A stretch of DNA of 64,000 bases from Centroscyllium fabricii. Lineage: Eukaryota. The stretch spans positions 9,114,001 to 9,178,000 of the forward strand of contig JBNRSN020000010.1 in NCBI GenBank assembly GCA_051313645.2, given 5' to 3'. The notes below the pieces were generated by a model that did not search any database, was not told the DNA's origin, and saw nothing but the letters and a program-made list of their open reading frames with translations. Position 1 is the first letter of the stretch. Each line of letters opens with the position of its first letter. The translations under genes and the position numbers were made by a program. Below are positions 26,277 through 39,042 of this stretch, in pieces.

Positions 26277-26835
26277 AGAACATATGAAATAGGAGCAGGA
26301 GTCCGCCATTCGGTCCCTGGAGCCTGTTCTGCCGTTCATTAGATCATGGCTGATCTTCTGCCTCATCTGCACTTTCCTGCACTCCCACTCTATGCCTTAA
26401 TTTCCTTAATATCCCACAATCTGTCGACCTCTGTCTTGAATATACTCAATGGTTGAGCCACAACAGCCCTCTGGGGTAGAGAATTCCAAAGATTCAACAC
26501 TGTCGGATTGAAGAGATTTCGCCTCATCTCGGTCCTGAATGGCCGACCCCTTATTCTGAGACTGTGACCCCTGGTTGCAGATACTCCAATCAAGGGAAAC
26601 ATCCTCCCTGCATCTACCCTGTTAAGCCCTGTAATAATTTTGTATGCTTCAATAAGATCACCTCTCATTCTTCTAAATTGTCGAGAATATAGGCCTAGTC
26701 TACTCCATTTCTCCACATAGGACATTCACCCCAGCCCAGGAATCTGTCTGTTGAAACTTTGTTGCACTCCCTCTACAGCTAATATATCGTTCCTTGGGTC
26801 AGGAGACCAAAACTGTACACAATACTCCAGATGTT
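26277..26835 (-). mobile_element. CR1 3' fragment
   Basis: ORF 26390-26725: RRMRGDLIEAYKI...NLWNSLPQRAV. Confidence 0.88.
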
Positions 26836-26974
26836 TTATATGCCAATTAGCAATTGACTCAATAGTTATCCCGATAAACCAGACGTGAGGTACTGTTTTT
26901 AAATTTTATTTTCGAACTTCTGATATTTCCTTAGCAGCGCCTTCACCCTTTCTTCCCTATTTTTTAAAAAGCGT

Positions 26975-27340
26975 TCACGAGCAAGGTCAGCATTTATTGT
27001 CCATCCCTTATTACCCTTGAGAAGGTGCTGCTCAGCTGCCTTCTTGAACTGCTGCCGTAGTTGTGGTGAAGGTAATGCCGGGTGGTCCGGCTAGATTTAT
27101 TGTCAGTGTACTTCTTTGCAGCGGTTTGATACAACTGAATGGCTTTCTGGGGCGGTTCAGAGGGCAGTTAAGAGTCAACCACTTTGCTTTGGGTCTGGAG
27201 TCACAAATAGGCCAGACCAGGTATGGATGGCAGATTTCTTTCCCCAAAATGTCATTCGTGAACCGGATGTGTTTTACGGCAATCCGTTCACCATGACTGA
27301 TGCTAGCTGTTTTATTTAATTAACATAATTTAAATTCCCC
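26975..27340 (-). mobile_element. SINE with a LINE-derived tail (family also at 55090-55228 and 60810-61240)
   Basis: Shared blocks CATTTATTGYCCATCCCT...CTTCTTGAAC and AGAGTCAACCAC...CTGGAGTCACAAA in two copies; a tRNA-like head is visible in the 60810-61240 copy. Confidence 0.6.
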
Positions 27341-27344
27341 AATA

Positions 27345-27910
27345 GGTATACCGATCATGGAGCATGACAATGGGATCTGGTCCCTCTCCGTGATAACATT
27401 TACCTTTGCACCAGGTAGCCTACACACCCTTCTGGACTCTCGGTGGGACTGCAGAGGATACCAGCTATCCCCCTAATTATGGAATACCCTGTTACTACAA
27501 ACGTTTTATTCTGTTCAACCCCCTTAGCCTGCCTTCTGCCAGGATTTGCATTCCTGTTGTCCACCCTGAAGCCTGTATCCTTATCATCACAAGTAGCAAG
27601 TACATTGTACCTGTTGGACAAGGACCAGTGTCTGCAGGACCACCATGCCTATTTCCCCTAGGCCCTTGGGTCTCTTACCCTGCTGACTAACAGACCCCCC
27701 TCCTCTTCCAGCACCTGTACTTTCGTCTGAGGTGTGACTATAAACTGGAAAAAACTACTCGCAAAGTCCTCTCTCTCCCTTATATGTTGGAGTGTCTATA
27801 ATTCGCACTCCAGCTCAAAGTCTCTGAGCCAAAGGCATTTACTGCAGCTGAGGATCTGCGAGAGTATCACCGTCCACATATCACAGTCCCGACACAAAAC
27901 CTGCACTACC
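27345..27910 (-). mobile_element. CR1 ORF1 remnant (zinc finger + esterase start)
   Basis: SNRYNVLATC and VVTGYSIIRGI (GDS-IIRG esterase-like) in 27400-27621; CRDC and CSKC remnants near 27830-27900. Confidence 0.6.
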
Positions 27911-28465
27911 ATTTCTATTTCTAATGTATTTATCAGTATTATGTTAGTTCTAGATATAATACATTTACTTGAGATCTAGATTGTATTTCTGTATTTGGCT
28001 TTATCTTGAATTCTGTTTAATTTGTAGCTAATTCACCTTGGCTCTTTGATTAGTGACATCTTAGTTTGATTATTTCGCAACTCCTATTTATTTTATATCA
28101 GCTATTGTAGTATATTTCTAGATATTAAATTTTAATTTCTGAAATTCATAAGCCATGAAATGTTTGTATCCTCCACTTAGTTAATTTTAACCACTTCGAT
28201 CTGATTAACTAGTTGATCACTGAATTTAAATAGATAATAAAGTGAACACATGAATTAATTGTAAATAGACTTATCACTTAGCTGTAATTTCACGGGCTCC
28301 ACCGCTCCCTTGACGTCGTATTTTCAAATTCAGAATCTTTGTTGCATCACAGAGACCACACATCACAGCCGCTTCTCTGCTTCACCGGCGCTTCTAGCCG
28401 TGTGCTAACAGCTGCTCCAATGTCCTCTGCCAGTCACAGGCCACCCTAATGTTAAAACATGTCAT

Positions 28466-31400
28466 TGTGACAGGTGTGGTGGTGGACCCATGTGCAGAAC
28501 AAACAGCCAGAGACACAAGATGCAGTAGAACTCAGGAGATAAGTTACTCGAAGACTCTTCATACAGCAGATCAAGTAATGATTCCAAGAAACAACAGGAC
28601 ATCCACAACTCTGTGACCTGAAGACACGAGACCTCAAGGCCGAGTGACTGGGGCTAGAAATATTTGGCTTACATATCAGGTCTGATTACTTCAACAAAAT
28701 AATTACTTGAATGAGACACAGGTGAGGAGAGTCACTGAGATTTGGCAGCATGGTACAGAGGAATCCTAAACCTCCCTCTGGTGGCTGGCAGAGGAACGAG
28801 TGGCTGGAATGCTGACAGTACCTCCCCCGCTAGGGACGGCACCTGATATACCCACAATAGACTCTGGCTGGCGCTGGTGGAACTGCCGGAAATGCCCAGG
28901 ATCCAGGATGTCCGGAGCCGGAACCCAGGAGCGGTCCTCGGGTCCATATCCCTCGCAATCCACCAAATATTGGAGTCCCCCGCAGACCCAGAGGGAGCGA
29001 AGAAGACGGCAGACGGTGTAGGTGGGCTGGTCCCCTACTAGTCGAGGGGCTGGAGGTGGTCTGGTGGCTCTAGACAGGGGACTGGTCCACACAGTTTTGA
29101 GTCGGGAGACACGGAAGGAAGGATGGATCCTCATGGATTGAGGAAACAGGAGTCGGCAGGATACTGGGTTTATCTTCCGGAGTATCTTGAATGGACCAAA
29201 GAAGCGAGAAGCCAGTTTGCGGGACTCGACCCACAGGGGAAGGTCCCGGGTGGAGAGCCACACCATCTGCCCGGGCCAGAGCAAAGCTGCAGGATTGCGT
29301 CGTCGGTTGACCTGGTTCCTCGGTCGACGTGATGCCAGTTGCAGTGCAGAACGGCCCTTTCTCCAGGTCCTCCGGTAGCGTCGGACGAACAACTCAGCCG
29401 ACGGTAACATCACCTCAGGCTCCTGTTCAGAGAACAATGGAGGTCGGTAATGTGTTGTGAGCATATCCTGCCCAAATGAGTTGTTTGCTCCAAGTAGAGG
29501 GGTTGGAGGAGGCAAGGCAACGCAGGGTTGTCACCAGGTCTTGATTCACCCTCTAGTTTTGCCCATTGGACTGGGAATGGAAACCCGAGTAGAGTCTGAC
29601 TGCTGCACCCAGGAGATGACAGAAAGCCTTCCAGAACCGGGAAGTGAACTGGGGACCACGGTGTGACACTGTGTCTAGAGGAAGACCATATAAACGGAAG
29701 GCGTGTTGTGCCGTAAATTCCACGGTTTATAAACATAGAAACATGGAAACATGTAAGATAGGAGCAGGAGTAGGCCATTCGGCCCTTCGAGCCTGCTCCG
29801 CCATTCAATGAGATCATGGCTGATCATCCAAACCCAGTAACCTGTCCCTGCCTTGTCCCCATATCCCTCGATCCCCATCGAGCCTGCACCGACACATATC
29901 CCACCCTATCCCCATAACCCCACATATTCAATCCCCCTAACACTAAGGGTCAATTTATCATGGCCAATCAACCTAAACTGCACATCGTTGGACTGTGGGA
30001 GGAAACCGGAGCACCCGGAGGAAACCCACGCAGACACGGAGAGAATTTGCAAACTCCACACAGAGAGTTCTCGAGGCTGGATTTGAACCCGGGTCTCTAG
30101 TGCTGTAAGGCAACAGTGGTAAGCACTATGCCACCGTGCCGCCCATTGCTTTTTACTTTCTTGCCTGGATTTTTCCATTGATGTCAATGTTTCTTGGGCA
30201 GAAGGAAGTTTGGGCAGGGGGACGAAGTGGCAGGCCTTGGAGAACTGGTCGACAACAACTAGGATGTCATTGTTACCCTGGGACGGACGGGGGCAGACCG
30301 GTGATAAAGCCCATGGAAATGTGGGACCAAGGACGGTTCGGAAAGGGGAGCGGATGAAGGAGGCCATGTGGACCTGTCCTGAGGTTCTTCTGCTGGGCAC
30401 AGCTGTTGCAAGCTAAGACAAATGACCAGCCGTCTTTCTCGACCGATGGCCACCAGAATCGCCTGCGGACGAACTCGAGAATTCGGGCGACTCCTGAATG
30501 CCCAGTTAGCCAGGACGTGTGCTCCCACTGCAGGACATGGGTTCGGACTGTCGTGGGAAGAAACAGTCGATTCGGAGTTTCGACACCTGGATCGGACTCC
30601 CGCCATTGTGCATCTCGAACGGTGGTGTCGATGCCCCAGCGAACCGAAGCCAAAATCCTGGAGCTCGGAAGGATGGGTGTCAGGCTCTTGCTTATGTCCG
30701 GGGGCTGGAATTGACGAGAGAGCACCTCAGATTTCAGATTTTGGGACCCGGGCCGGTAAGAGAGGATGAACTCGAATCGAGTGAAGAAGAGCACCCACCG
30801 GGCCTGGCGAGAATTGAGGCGTTTGGCATGCTGGATGTAGGCGAGGTTCTTATGGTTGGTCCAGACCACGAATCGGTGTTTGCTGGCCTCTTGCCAGTTC
30901 CTCCATTCTTCCAATGCTAACTTGACCGCAAACAGTTGTTTGTTGCCGATAATATAGCTGCACTCAGCAGGCAATAGCCGCCTGGAAAATAAGGCACACA
31001 GGTGGAGTTTGCCGCTATAGAGCTGAAGTCTCTGAAGAATCTTCTGTAGAAGTTGGCGAAGCCGTTGAAGCGTTGGGCCTGTTTGACTGCAGTGGGTGTT
31101 GTCCAGTCACAGACAGCCTGGGCTTTATCTGGATCCATCTGCGTCCATCTGGGTGCCGCCATTGGTGACGATAAAGCCAAATAAGGAGACAGTGGAGACA
31201 TATAACTCACTTTTGTCGAGTTTGACATGCAGGTGGTTTTTAAGAAGCCGGTGCAGTACCTCTCGGACGTGTTGAACATGTTCGTGGGGGGAGCTGGAAA
31301 AGATGAGAATGTCATCAATGTAGACGAAGACGATCAGGTTGAGCAGATCACGAAGAACGTCGTTATTCAGGGATTGAAAGACCGCTCGTGCATTGGCCAA

Positions 31401-33729
31401 ACGAAACTGCATTACCAAGTATTCATAATGGCCAGTAGGGCTGTTCAACGCGGGCTTCCACTGTTTTCCTTCCCTTATACAGACCAAATTGCCTGCATTA
31501 CGAAGATCCAGCATGGTACAGCGCGTGGACCCCTGCCGGAGCTCGAACACAGTGGACATAAGAGGGAGGGGGTAGCGATTCGTCACTGTGGTCCGGTTGA
31601 GGCCGCGATAATTATTGCATGGGCGGACACTCCCATCCGTTTTTACACAAAATAGAAGGCTGCCCCGGCAGGGGAGGTGGAAGGATGGATAGCACCAGTG
31701 AAGAGGGCGTCATGGATATACTCCTCCATAGCCGCGGTCTCGGGGGATGAGAGAGAGAATAGACGACCCCGCGGAGGACAGGTGACGGATAACAGGTCGA
31801 TGGCACAGTCGCACGGGTGGTGAGGAGGAAGAGTGACGCCCCGCTTCTTACTGAAGACCTCTATAAGGTCGGTATATGCAGGTCGACCTCGAGGAGCATC
31901 GGGGGGAATGGAGAGCTCGGGGCACTTGAGAAGTGGTGCCGAGAATAGGCAGGTTGCTTGACAGGTAGGTCCCCATTCCATGAGTGCCCCAGTAAACCAG
32001 TTGATATGTGGATTATGAAGAGCCAACCAGGGAAAATCCAGGACCAGAGGGAACTCGGGGGAATAAATTAGGTGGAGCTTGATTGTCTCTTGGTGGTGCT
32101 TCTCCACACATAACTGCAGGAGGATAGTGATTCGGCAGATGTTACCAGAGCCCAAAGGTCTACCATCAAGTGCAGTAATTGTACGTGGCTGGTCGAGATC
32201 GATCCTTGGGATCTTCAGCTGTCTAGCGAAGTTGATATCCATGAAATTCCCCGCCGCTCCAGAATCCACAAAAGCACGGAGAGTGTGTTGCTGATTACCC
32301 TAAGAGAGACAAGTGTAGAGACGGACACCTGAAGAAGTAGATTCGAGAGTGGTGATTTGACTCATCACAGTCCTCCCGCTTTTGGACGAGTCCTGGCTTT
32401 TCCCACCAGCTCGGGGCAGGTATCGCAGAAGTGTCAGAATTCCCCGCAGTAGATGCAGCTTCTCTCGCGCATCCATCGCTCCCGTTCAGATTAGGAGATT
32501 CGAGTTCTGCCCAGCTGCACGGGCTTCTCCGCGGCGATATGTGGCGTTGGGCTCGGGGGTGCCGCATTGGGGATGTCCCAGAAGTGCCTGGAAGTCATCG
32601 CTGAGGTGCTGGCTCTGAGATCCAGGGGCGAGAGGAACAGGCGGCGGCATTCTCTTCGCCACTCTCGGAGTCGATTGTCAATCCGAATGGCTATATTGAT
32701 AAGAGCCTCGAGATCCGATGTACATTCACGGGAGGCCAGTTCATCTTTGACATCCTCTGAATGACCGTGAGAAAATGTGGCAATAGGTGCCTCCATATTC
32801 CAAAGACTCCCAGTGGCAAGAGTACGGAATTCAATAGCGTAGACGGATACAGCATGATTGACCTGATGCAGGTGTAGCAGTCTATTGCCCGTCACTGGCC
32901 CGCAAACTTAATAGTCGAAGGCTTGCCTCATCTCCTCGGAGAACATCCGACAGTTGAAGCAGGCTTGTCTGTCTCTCCAAAATGGCCTGGCCCAAACGAG
33001 GCTCTCCCGGTGAGCAGGGTGAAGATGAAAGCGACCTTAGAGCGATCGTTGGGAAATCTAGAAGGCTGGAGCTCAAATGCTAGAGAACACTGCGAGGAAG
33101 CCGCGACACTTGCCTGGTTGACCGTTGTATAGTTCGGGAGCTGGAAGGTATGAATCCTTGTCTTGTCGAGGATGAGGTGCTGGAAGTTGTGCTGAGTCCG
33201 GCTGCTGGCTGTGCCCGACAGCCTCTGCTAGGGAATGTAGGCTATCACAAATCGAATGCAGTAATTGGGCATGCCTCTCGACATTGGTTCCTTGGCTCCG
33301 CAGGGTAAAGCGGAGTTGATTTATCACCTCCTGTGGTTGGCTGTTCTCTGCTGGGTCTATGTTGATGTCGTGGTCTTGCTGTGACGGCTGTGTTGGTGGA
33401 CCAAGGTGCAAAACAAACAGCCAGAGGCATAAGATGCAGTAGAACTCAGGAGATACTTTACTCGAAGGCTCTTCATACAACAGATCAAGTAACGATTACA
33501 AGAAACAACAGGACATACACAACTCTGTGACTTGCAGGCACGAGACCTCAAGACCGACTGACTGGGGTTAGAAATATTTGGCTTATATAACAGGCCGGAT
33601 TACTTCAACAAGATCATTTCTTGAATGAGACACAGGTGAGGAGAGAGTGTTATTTGGCAGCCTGTTACAGAGGCATCCTAAACCGCCCTCTGGTGGCTGG
33701 CAGAGGAACGAGTGGCTGGAATCCTGACA
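28466..33729 (-). mobile_element. Gypsy chromovirus (sushi/Tf1-like) LTR retrotransposon, decayed: gag-PR-RT-RNaseH-IN-chromodomain
   Basis: LTRs 28466-28817 and 33380-33729 (TG...CA, about 350 bp); TSD GTCAT/GCCAT; PPT AGCGGGGGAGG; gag (ELYNGQPGKCRGFL, YAIEFRTLA), protease [21 protein letters not shown], RNaseH WTNHKNL, integrase VVVDQFSK, chromodomain QYLVDCEGYGPEDRSW. Confidence 0.95.
29731..30144 (-). mobile_element. HE1-type V-SINE inserted in the Gypsy integrase
   Basis: Full head, V-domain and tail; interrupts the integrase between PSAQET and ...[10 protein letters not shown]. Confidence 0.9.
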
Positions 33730-34826
33730 GCCATGGTCCCTTCATCATTGGTGAGTCAAAATCCTGCAATTAACTTCTCAGCACAATCGGAATAGCATCG
33801 TCACCATAAAGATGACAGTGGTTCAAAAAGGTCAAATATATATATATATATATATATCTGGGGAAGATGGAGACGACAGATCCCCCAAAAAACCAGATCG
33901 ATTGATCAAGAATAGAGCAGTTTTCAATATGGAGATGCGTGTGCAGAAATAATTGAATATTGAAGAGGAACATTGGCGACTGATGGCCTGATATTGTAGG
34001 TGCATGTTCTCTAGTTGGGACTGCTTTAGATGAAGATAATATGAGACGGACTTTGTAGGTTATGGGGAATTATACGCATATCTAGTGTGATGTAGGAGAA
34101 GTTTGAATAACTTTGATGTATCCTTTTTGATGGATGTGGAATCAGGTTTGCAGCAGGATGGAGTTTTACGCAGGGAAGTGAATCAGGCATAGAATAGGTG
34201 GAAGGGCATTGACAGTGAGAATCGTAAGCAGTGAGGATTGCAAATGGTATGTTGGCTTTTATTGCAAGAGGATTTGAGTACAGGAGCAAGGGTGCCTTAA
34301 AACAGTTATACAGGGCGTTGGTGAGACCACATCTGTTGTATTGTGTGCAGTTTTGGTCTCCTTACCTAAGGAAGGATACACTTGCCATAGAGGGAGTGCA
34401 GTGAAGATTCACCAGTCTGCTTCCTGGGAAGGCCGGACTGCCGTATGAGGAGAGATTGGGTTGGCTAAACCTATGCAATAGAGTTTTGAAGTAATGAGAG
34501 GGGATCTCTTTGAAACGTATAACATTCTGACAGGGCCAGACAGACTGGATGCAGGGAAGACTTTTCCACTGACTGAGAGGTCTATAACGAGGGGTCACAG
34601 TCTCACGATACGGGTTAGGACATTTAGGACAGGGATAAGAAGAAATTTCTTCAATCAGAGGGTGGTGAACCTGTGGAATTCTCTTCCACAGAAAGCTGTG
34701 GAGGCCAAGTCACTGAATATATTAAATGTGGAGATAAATATATTTATAGACACAAAAGGCATCTATATGTCTTGGGAAAGAGTGCAAGCATGATATTGAG
34801 ATAAAGGATCAGCCATGGTCATATTG

Positions 34827-35055
34827 GCCATGATGCGGAGGTGCCGGTGTTGGACTGGGGTGGACAAATGCAAGAAGTCTCACAACACCAGGTTATAATC
34901 CAACAGTTTCATTTTAAATCACAAGCTTTCAGAGCGTCTGCCCCTTCGTCAGGTGAAAGACATCTTTCACCTGACGAAGGGGCAGGCGCTCCGAAAGCTT
35001 GTGATTTAAAATAAAACTGTTGGACTATAACCTGGTGTTGTGTGACTTCTTAAAT
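34827..35055. mobile_element. Miniature palindromic Penelope pseudo-LTR element with two opposed hammerhead motifs
   Basis: Inverted arms of about 90 bp around a CA loop at 34961-34962; arms match the ends of Penelope 12993-15174; flanks ATGGTCATATTG and ATGATCATACTG (10/12). Confidence 0.85.
34967..35004 (+). ncRNA. Minimal hammerhead ribozyme motif (mirror copy on - at 34919-34956)
   Basis: TCAC-CTGACGA-AGGGGC-AGGC-GCTCC-GAAA-GC-TT-GTGA with intact catalytic boxes. Confidence 0.8.
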
Positions 35056-35309
35056 ATGATCATACTGAATGGCGGAGCAGGCTCGAAGGTCCGGATTGCC
35101 GACTCCTGCTCCTATTTGTCAATGTTGCCATGTTTCTATTTATGAAGATCCGGAAGGCAGGGGTAGAATCAGGCATTGTGCAGGTGGAAAGCAAGGCAAA
35201 TGGGAAAATTAGGATTGTGGCAGTTAGAGAAGCCACAGTCAGGAGCAGGATAATTGGAAAACCAGACATGAAGCACTGGAAGGAGCAGCCCTAAGGAAAA
35301 AAAGTCTTG

Positions 35310-35760
35310 GATTGATGTAGTGCCCTTCGCGATCTCGGGATGTCCCAAAGCGCTTTCTAGCCAAGGAAATACATTTGTAGTGTAGTAACTGTTATAATGG
35401 TGGAATTGCGGCAGCCAATTTGCGCACAGAACGCGCCCACAAACAGCAATATGATAATGAACAGAAAGCTGTTTTTTTGTTATGTCGATTGAAGGATTAA
35501 TAATGGCCGGACCTCTAGTGATAACTACACTGCTCCTCAGCGAAATATTTCCATGAGGTGTTTTCCGCCCATCTGAGAGACCAGATAGGACCTCGGATTA
35601 TCCTGTCATCTGGAAGACGGCAAGACCTACAGCGCATCGCTCCCTTAGCAGTGCACTAAAGTACCAGCCTAGATTGTTGGGCTCAAGTCTCATGGAGTTG
35701 GAGTTGGCTCCACAACCTTAAGACTGCGAGGGAGTGCTCCCCACTAAACCATGGATGAAA
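35310..35760 (-). mobile_element. Deu-domain SINE
   Basis: Similar to 3531-3885 over most of its length; tRNA-like head at about 35690-35755. Confidence 0.65.
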
Positions 35761-37094
35761 GTTACGATGGAGGAAGGGGAAGTGGACACGGAGGAGTCGA
35801 GAGATGTATTACCAAGTTTTAATACTTATGTTAAAAGCAAATGCTACTTAGGAATTTAATTTAAGTTTCAGATTTTATGAGGCTCATAATGAATTGAATA
35901 AGTTGTCAGATATTTTTTTAAAGAATACAATGAAAAGGTGAATTCACAAAACCACGAATAAAGGTCAAATGGCCAATGATGCAAAGAGTTCGCCTGTTTA
36001 CCGCACATATTTTCCGTCAGGGAAACCTGAAGCCTGATACTCATGGGTGTGAACATCGAAGCCCAGACTGTTACGTACTAACTCGAGACTATCTCCTGGA
36101 TGTTAGAATCTTTGCTGTGCTTCTAATAAAATGACAATCTGTGAAAATTAACCTGGAAACAATCATATGACGGGAATTACAGAGCTGCACGACAATCCAG
36201 ATCCGGCGTGAGAAGCCTGATACCGAGATTAATGTAGCTGGGATCAGAATTAATTAAAAGTACGCAGAGTTAGAATCGGTTTAAAGATACAGCTAATGTT
36301 CAAAAGTGATGTTCAGAAGTTAATGCCAATCATTAATGTGTTAACTCAGAGAACACTCTGTGCCCTTCCATCAGGTATTTGATCCCAATAAACTAACAGC
36401 AATCTTTGTCCCTTGCTATCTTTGCCCTTTTCTACTCTGTTAATAAACTGGTTTTATGGTGGGCAATATAATCGAATTTCTGACAGTGGACTGGTTTCTT
36501 CTGCAGAATCCGTTTTCTGTGCGAGGTCTACTGAACAGCTGTTGGAGGACATAAATTTAGTCATTGCTACCACACCAATAATTAATGACTTTGGTTAAAA
36601 GATTACATTAATCACAATGATTCAAACTGAATGAGACCCTGTTTGACTCTGATCGAGCCCAGCACCAGAGGACAGGGCGGGGAGGGATTGTACTGATCAG
36701 GTCAAGATTATGAATGTGCTGTATAACTGACCATTGCCCAGGTTGTAATAATTAAGCCGCATAACACACAGCATTAACTTACCAGACTCTCTGGAACCAG
36801 AATCAGGAGCCGCAGTACAAGGTAAGGAGACAGAATTTCGGAGCACAGTTATAGTGTTTTAATGTAGCTGCACTGATCCGTCGCCTTTTATTTGTGCAGG
36901 AGGTGAATGATATTGAAAAGATGAAGTATTACTACGAGACCAGGTAAGACATTTTGTCTCTTTAGAAATTGTTTATTGCCACAGAGTACTTTAATAGAAT
37001 AAAACTAACGAATGTAATCTCACACATTAACTTTCTGTTGTTGTAGCTAGTATTGAAATGCATTTCGACTTTATGAAACGCTTATGAACAAACG

Positions 37095-37570
37095 GCAACA
37101 GCAGCAACTTATTTTTAAATAGCGCCTTTAAAGTAGTAACATGTCCCAAGGCGCTGCACAGGAATATTTTAAGACCGTTTTGACACCGATCCATGTAAGG
37201 ATAAATTAGGGCAGGTGACCAAAAACTTGTTCAAATTAGTATGTATTGAGGAGCGCCTTAAAGGAGGATAGCGAGGTAGAGAGGCAGAGAGTGTTACGGA
37301 GAGAATTCAAGAGTTTAGGGCCTCGGCAACAGAAGGGACGACTACCAAGCTTTGAGCGATTCTAATCAGGGATGCTCAAGAGGGCAGAATTTGAGGAGCG
37401 CAGATAACTTGGGGGGTTGTGGAGCCGAAGCAGGGTACAGAGATAAGATGTGGCGAGGCCATGGAGGGACATGAAAACAAGGATATTAATGTTGAAATCA
37501 AGGCGCTGCTTAACCCGGAGCCAAGTAGATCAGCGAGCACAGGACTGATGTGCGAACGTGACTTGCTGCA
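37095..37570 (-). mobile_element. L2-clade LINE 3' fragment
   Basis: CAACAGCAGCAACTT...AGCGCCTTTAAAGTAGTAACATGTCCCAAGGCGCTGCACAGG tail, then L2-like C-terminal sequence on the minus strand. Confidence 0.7.
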
Positions 37571-37649
37571 ACAGTTAGCTATCGAGACTTCTCACCATAC
37601 ACCATGTGCTCTCAGCTGATCCTCTCGCGTTTTATGACCTTTTATAATA

Positions 37650-38984
37650 AGGTGACAAATCAACTCCTGTACTAGAGGTACCCCATCACTTACAGTTGCG
37701 GTCATTAAGCTTCTCTTTTAGTTGAGGAATCCGTTCACTTACACTAGGGATGACAAAGCTCCTCTTGTACTAGTGGTACCCCATCAGTTAAACTAGAGGT
37801 GTCCAAGCTCCTCTTGTATTAGTGGTGCCATTTCACCTAAACCTGATGTGACCAAATTCCTCTTCTACTCGTCGTACAGCTTCACGTATACTGGAGGTGA
37901 GCAAGCTCCTCTTGCACCATTGGAACCCCTACACTTACTCTGGTGGTCATCAATCTCCTCTTGTACTAGTGGTAAATCTTCACTTACACTAGAGGTGACC
38001 AAGCTCCTGTTGTACCAGTGAAACCCTACCCTTACATTAGTAGTGACCAAACTCCTCTTGTACAAGTGGCCCCCTACATTTACACGAGAAGTGACCCAGC
38101 AACACTTGTACCATTGGAACCCCTACTCTTACACTAGTGTTGACCAAGCATGTGTTGTGCTCGTGGTACACGTACACTTACACGAGGGGTGACCAACTCC
38201 TCTTGTACCATTGGAACCCCTACACTTACACAAGTGGTGACCAAGCTCCTCTTGTACTAGTGATACCCGTACACTTACACGAGAGGTGACCAAACTCCTC
38301 TTGAATGAGTCGTCCCCCGTACACATACACTTGATGTGTACAAGCTCCTCCGGTACCACTGGTACCCGACAATATCACAGGAGTTGCCCGTACTCCTCCG
38401 GTATATTGGGACCATACACTTACACAGAGCTTTTACAGCGTTTTCTGTTGTTATTTCCTCTTGTTCCAGTTGTACTATTACACTTACACCAGATGTGACC
38501 AAGCTTACCTTGTACTAGTCGTCCCTGTACACGTACACTAGATTAGGCCAAGCACCTCTTGTACTATTGGTAACCCTTCATTTACACTAGTGGTGACCAA
38601 GCTGTTCTTGTACTATTGGTCCCCCTACAGTTACACTAGATGTGACCAACTGCTCATTTACTATTGTTCCCCCTATTCTTGCACTAGTGCTAACCACGCC
38701 GCACTTGTACGAATGGCCCCCCTACACTTACACTAGAGGTGACTAAGCTCCTCTTTTATTGTGGCACCCGTACTATTGCACTAGAGGTGACCAATCTCCT
38801 CTGGTACTAGTGGTCGCCTTACACTTACATTGAGGTGGCCAAGCTTGTCTTGTTCTAGTGGTACGACTTCACTTACACTAGATGTGACCAAGGTCGTCTT
38901 GCACGAATGGTGCCCGTGCACTTACACTAGATTTGGCCAAGCTCTCCTTGTACTATTCGTCCCCCTACACTTACACTAGTGGTG
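37650..38984 (+). repeat. 49-bp variant tandem repeat, part 1
   Basis: Unit about TACACTTACACTAGAGGTGACCAAGCTCCTCTTGTACTAGTGGTACCCC; period measured between 38221 and 38270. Confidence 0.9.
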
Positions 38985-39042
38985 GAGGAGGAATTCCTGG
39001 AGTGTATACGAGACGGTTTCCGGGACCAATATGTCGAGGAAC

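Larger units (their letters stand above)
34230..35140 (+). mobile_element. CR1 3' fragment (tail split by a mini-Penelope palindrome)
   Basis: ORF 34494-34793 MRGDLFETYNIL...NLWNSLPQKAVEA; the tail resumes at about 35056. Confidence 0.88.

Noticed and set aside
28766-33480. Domesticated PEG10/RTL1-like gene
   Set aside because: Both LTRs and the TSD are present; gag-pol is broken by stops, frameshifts and a SINE.
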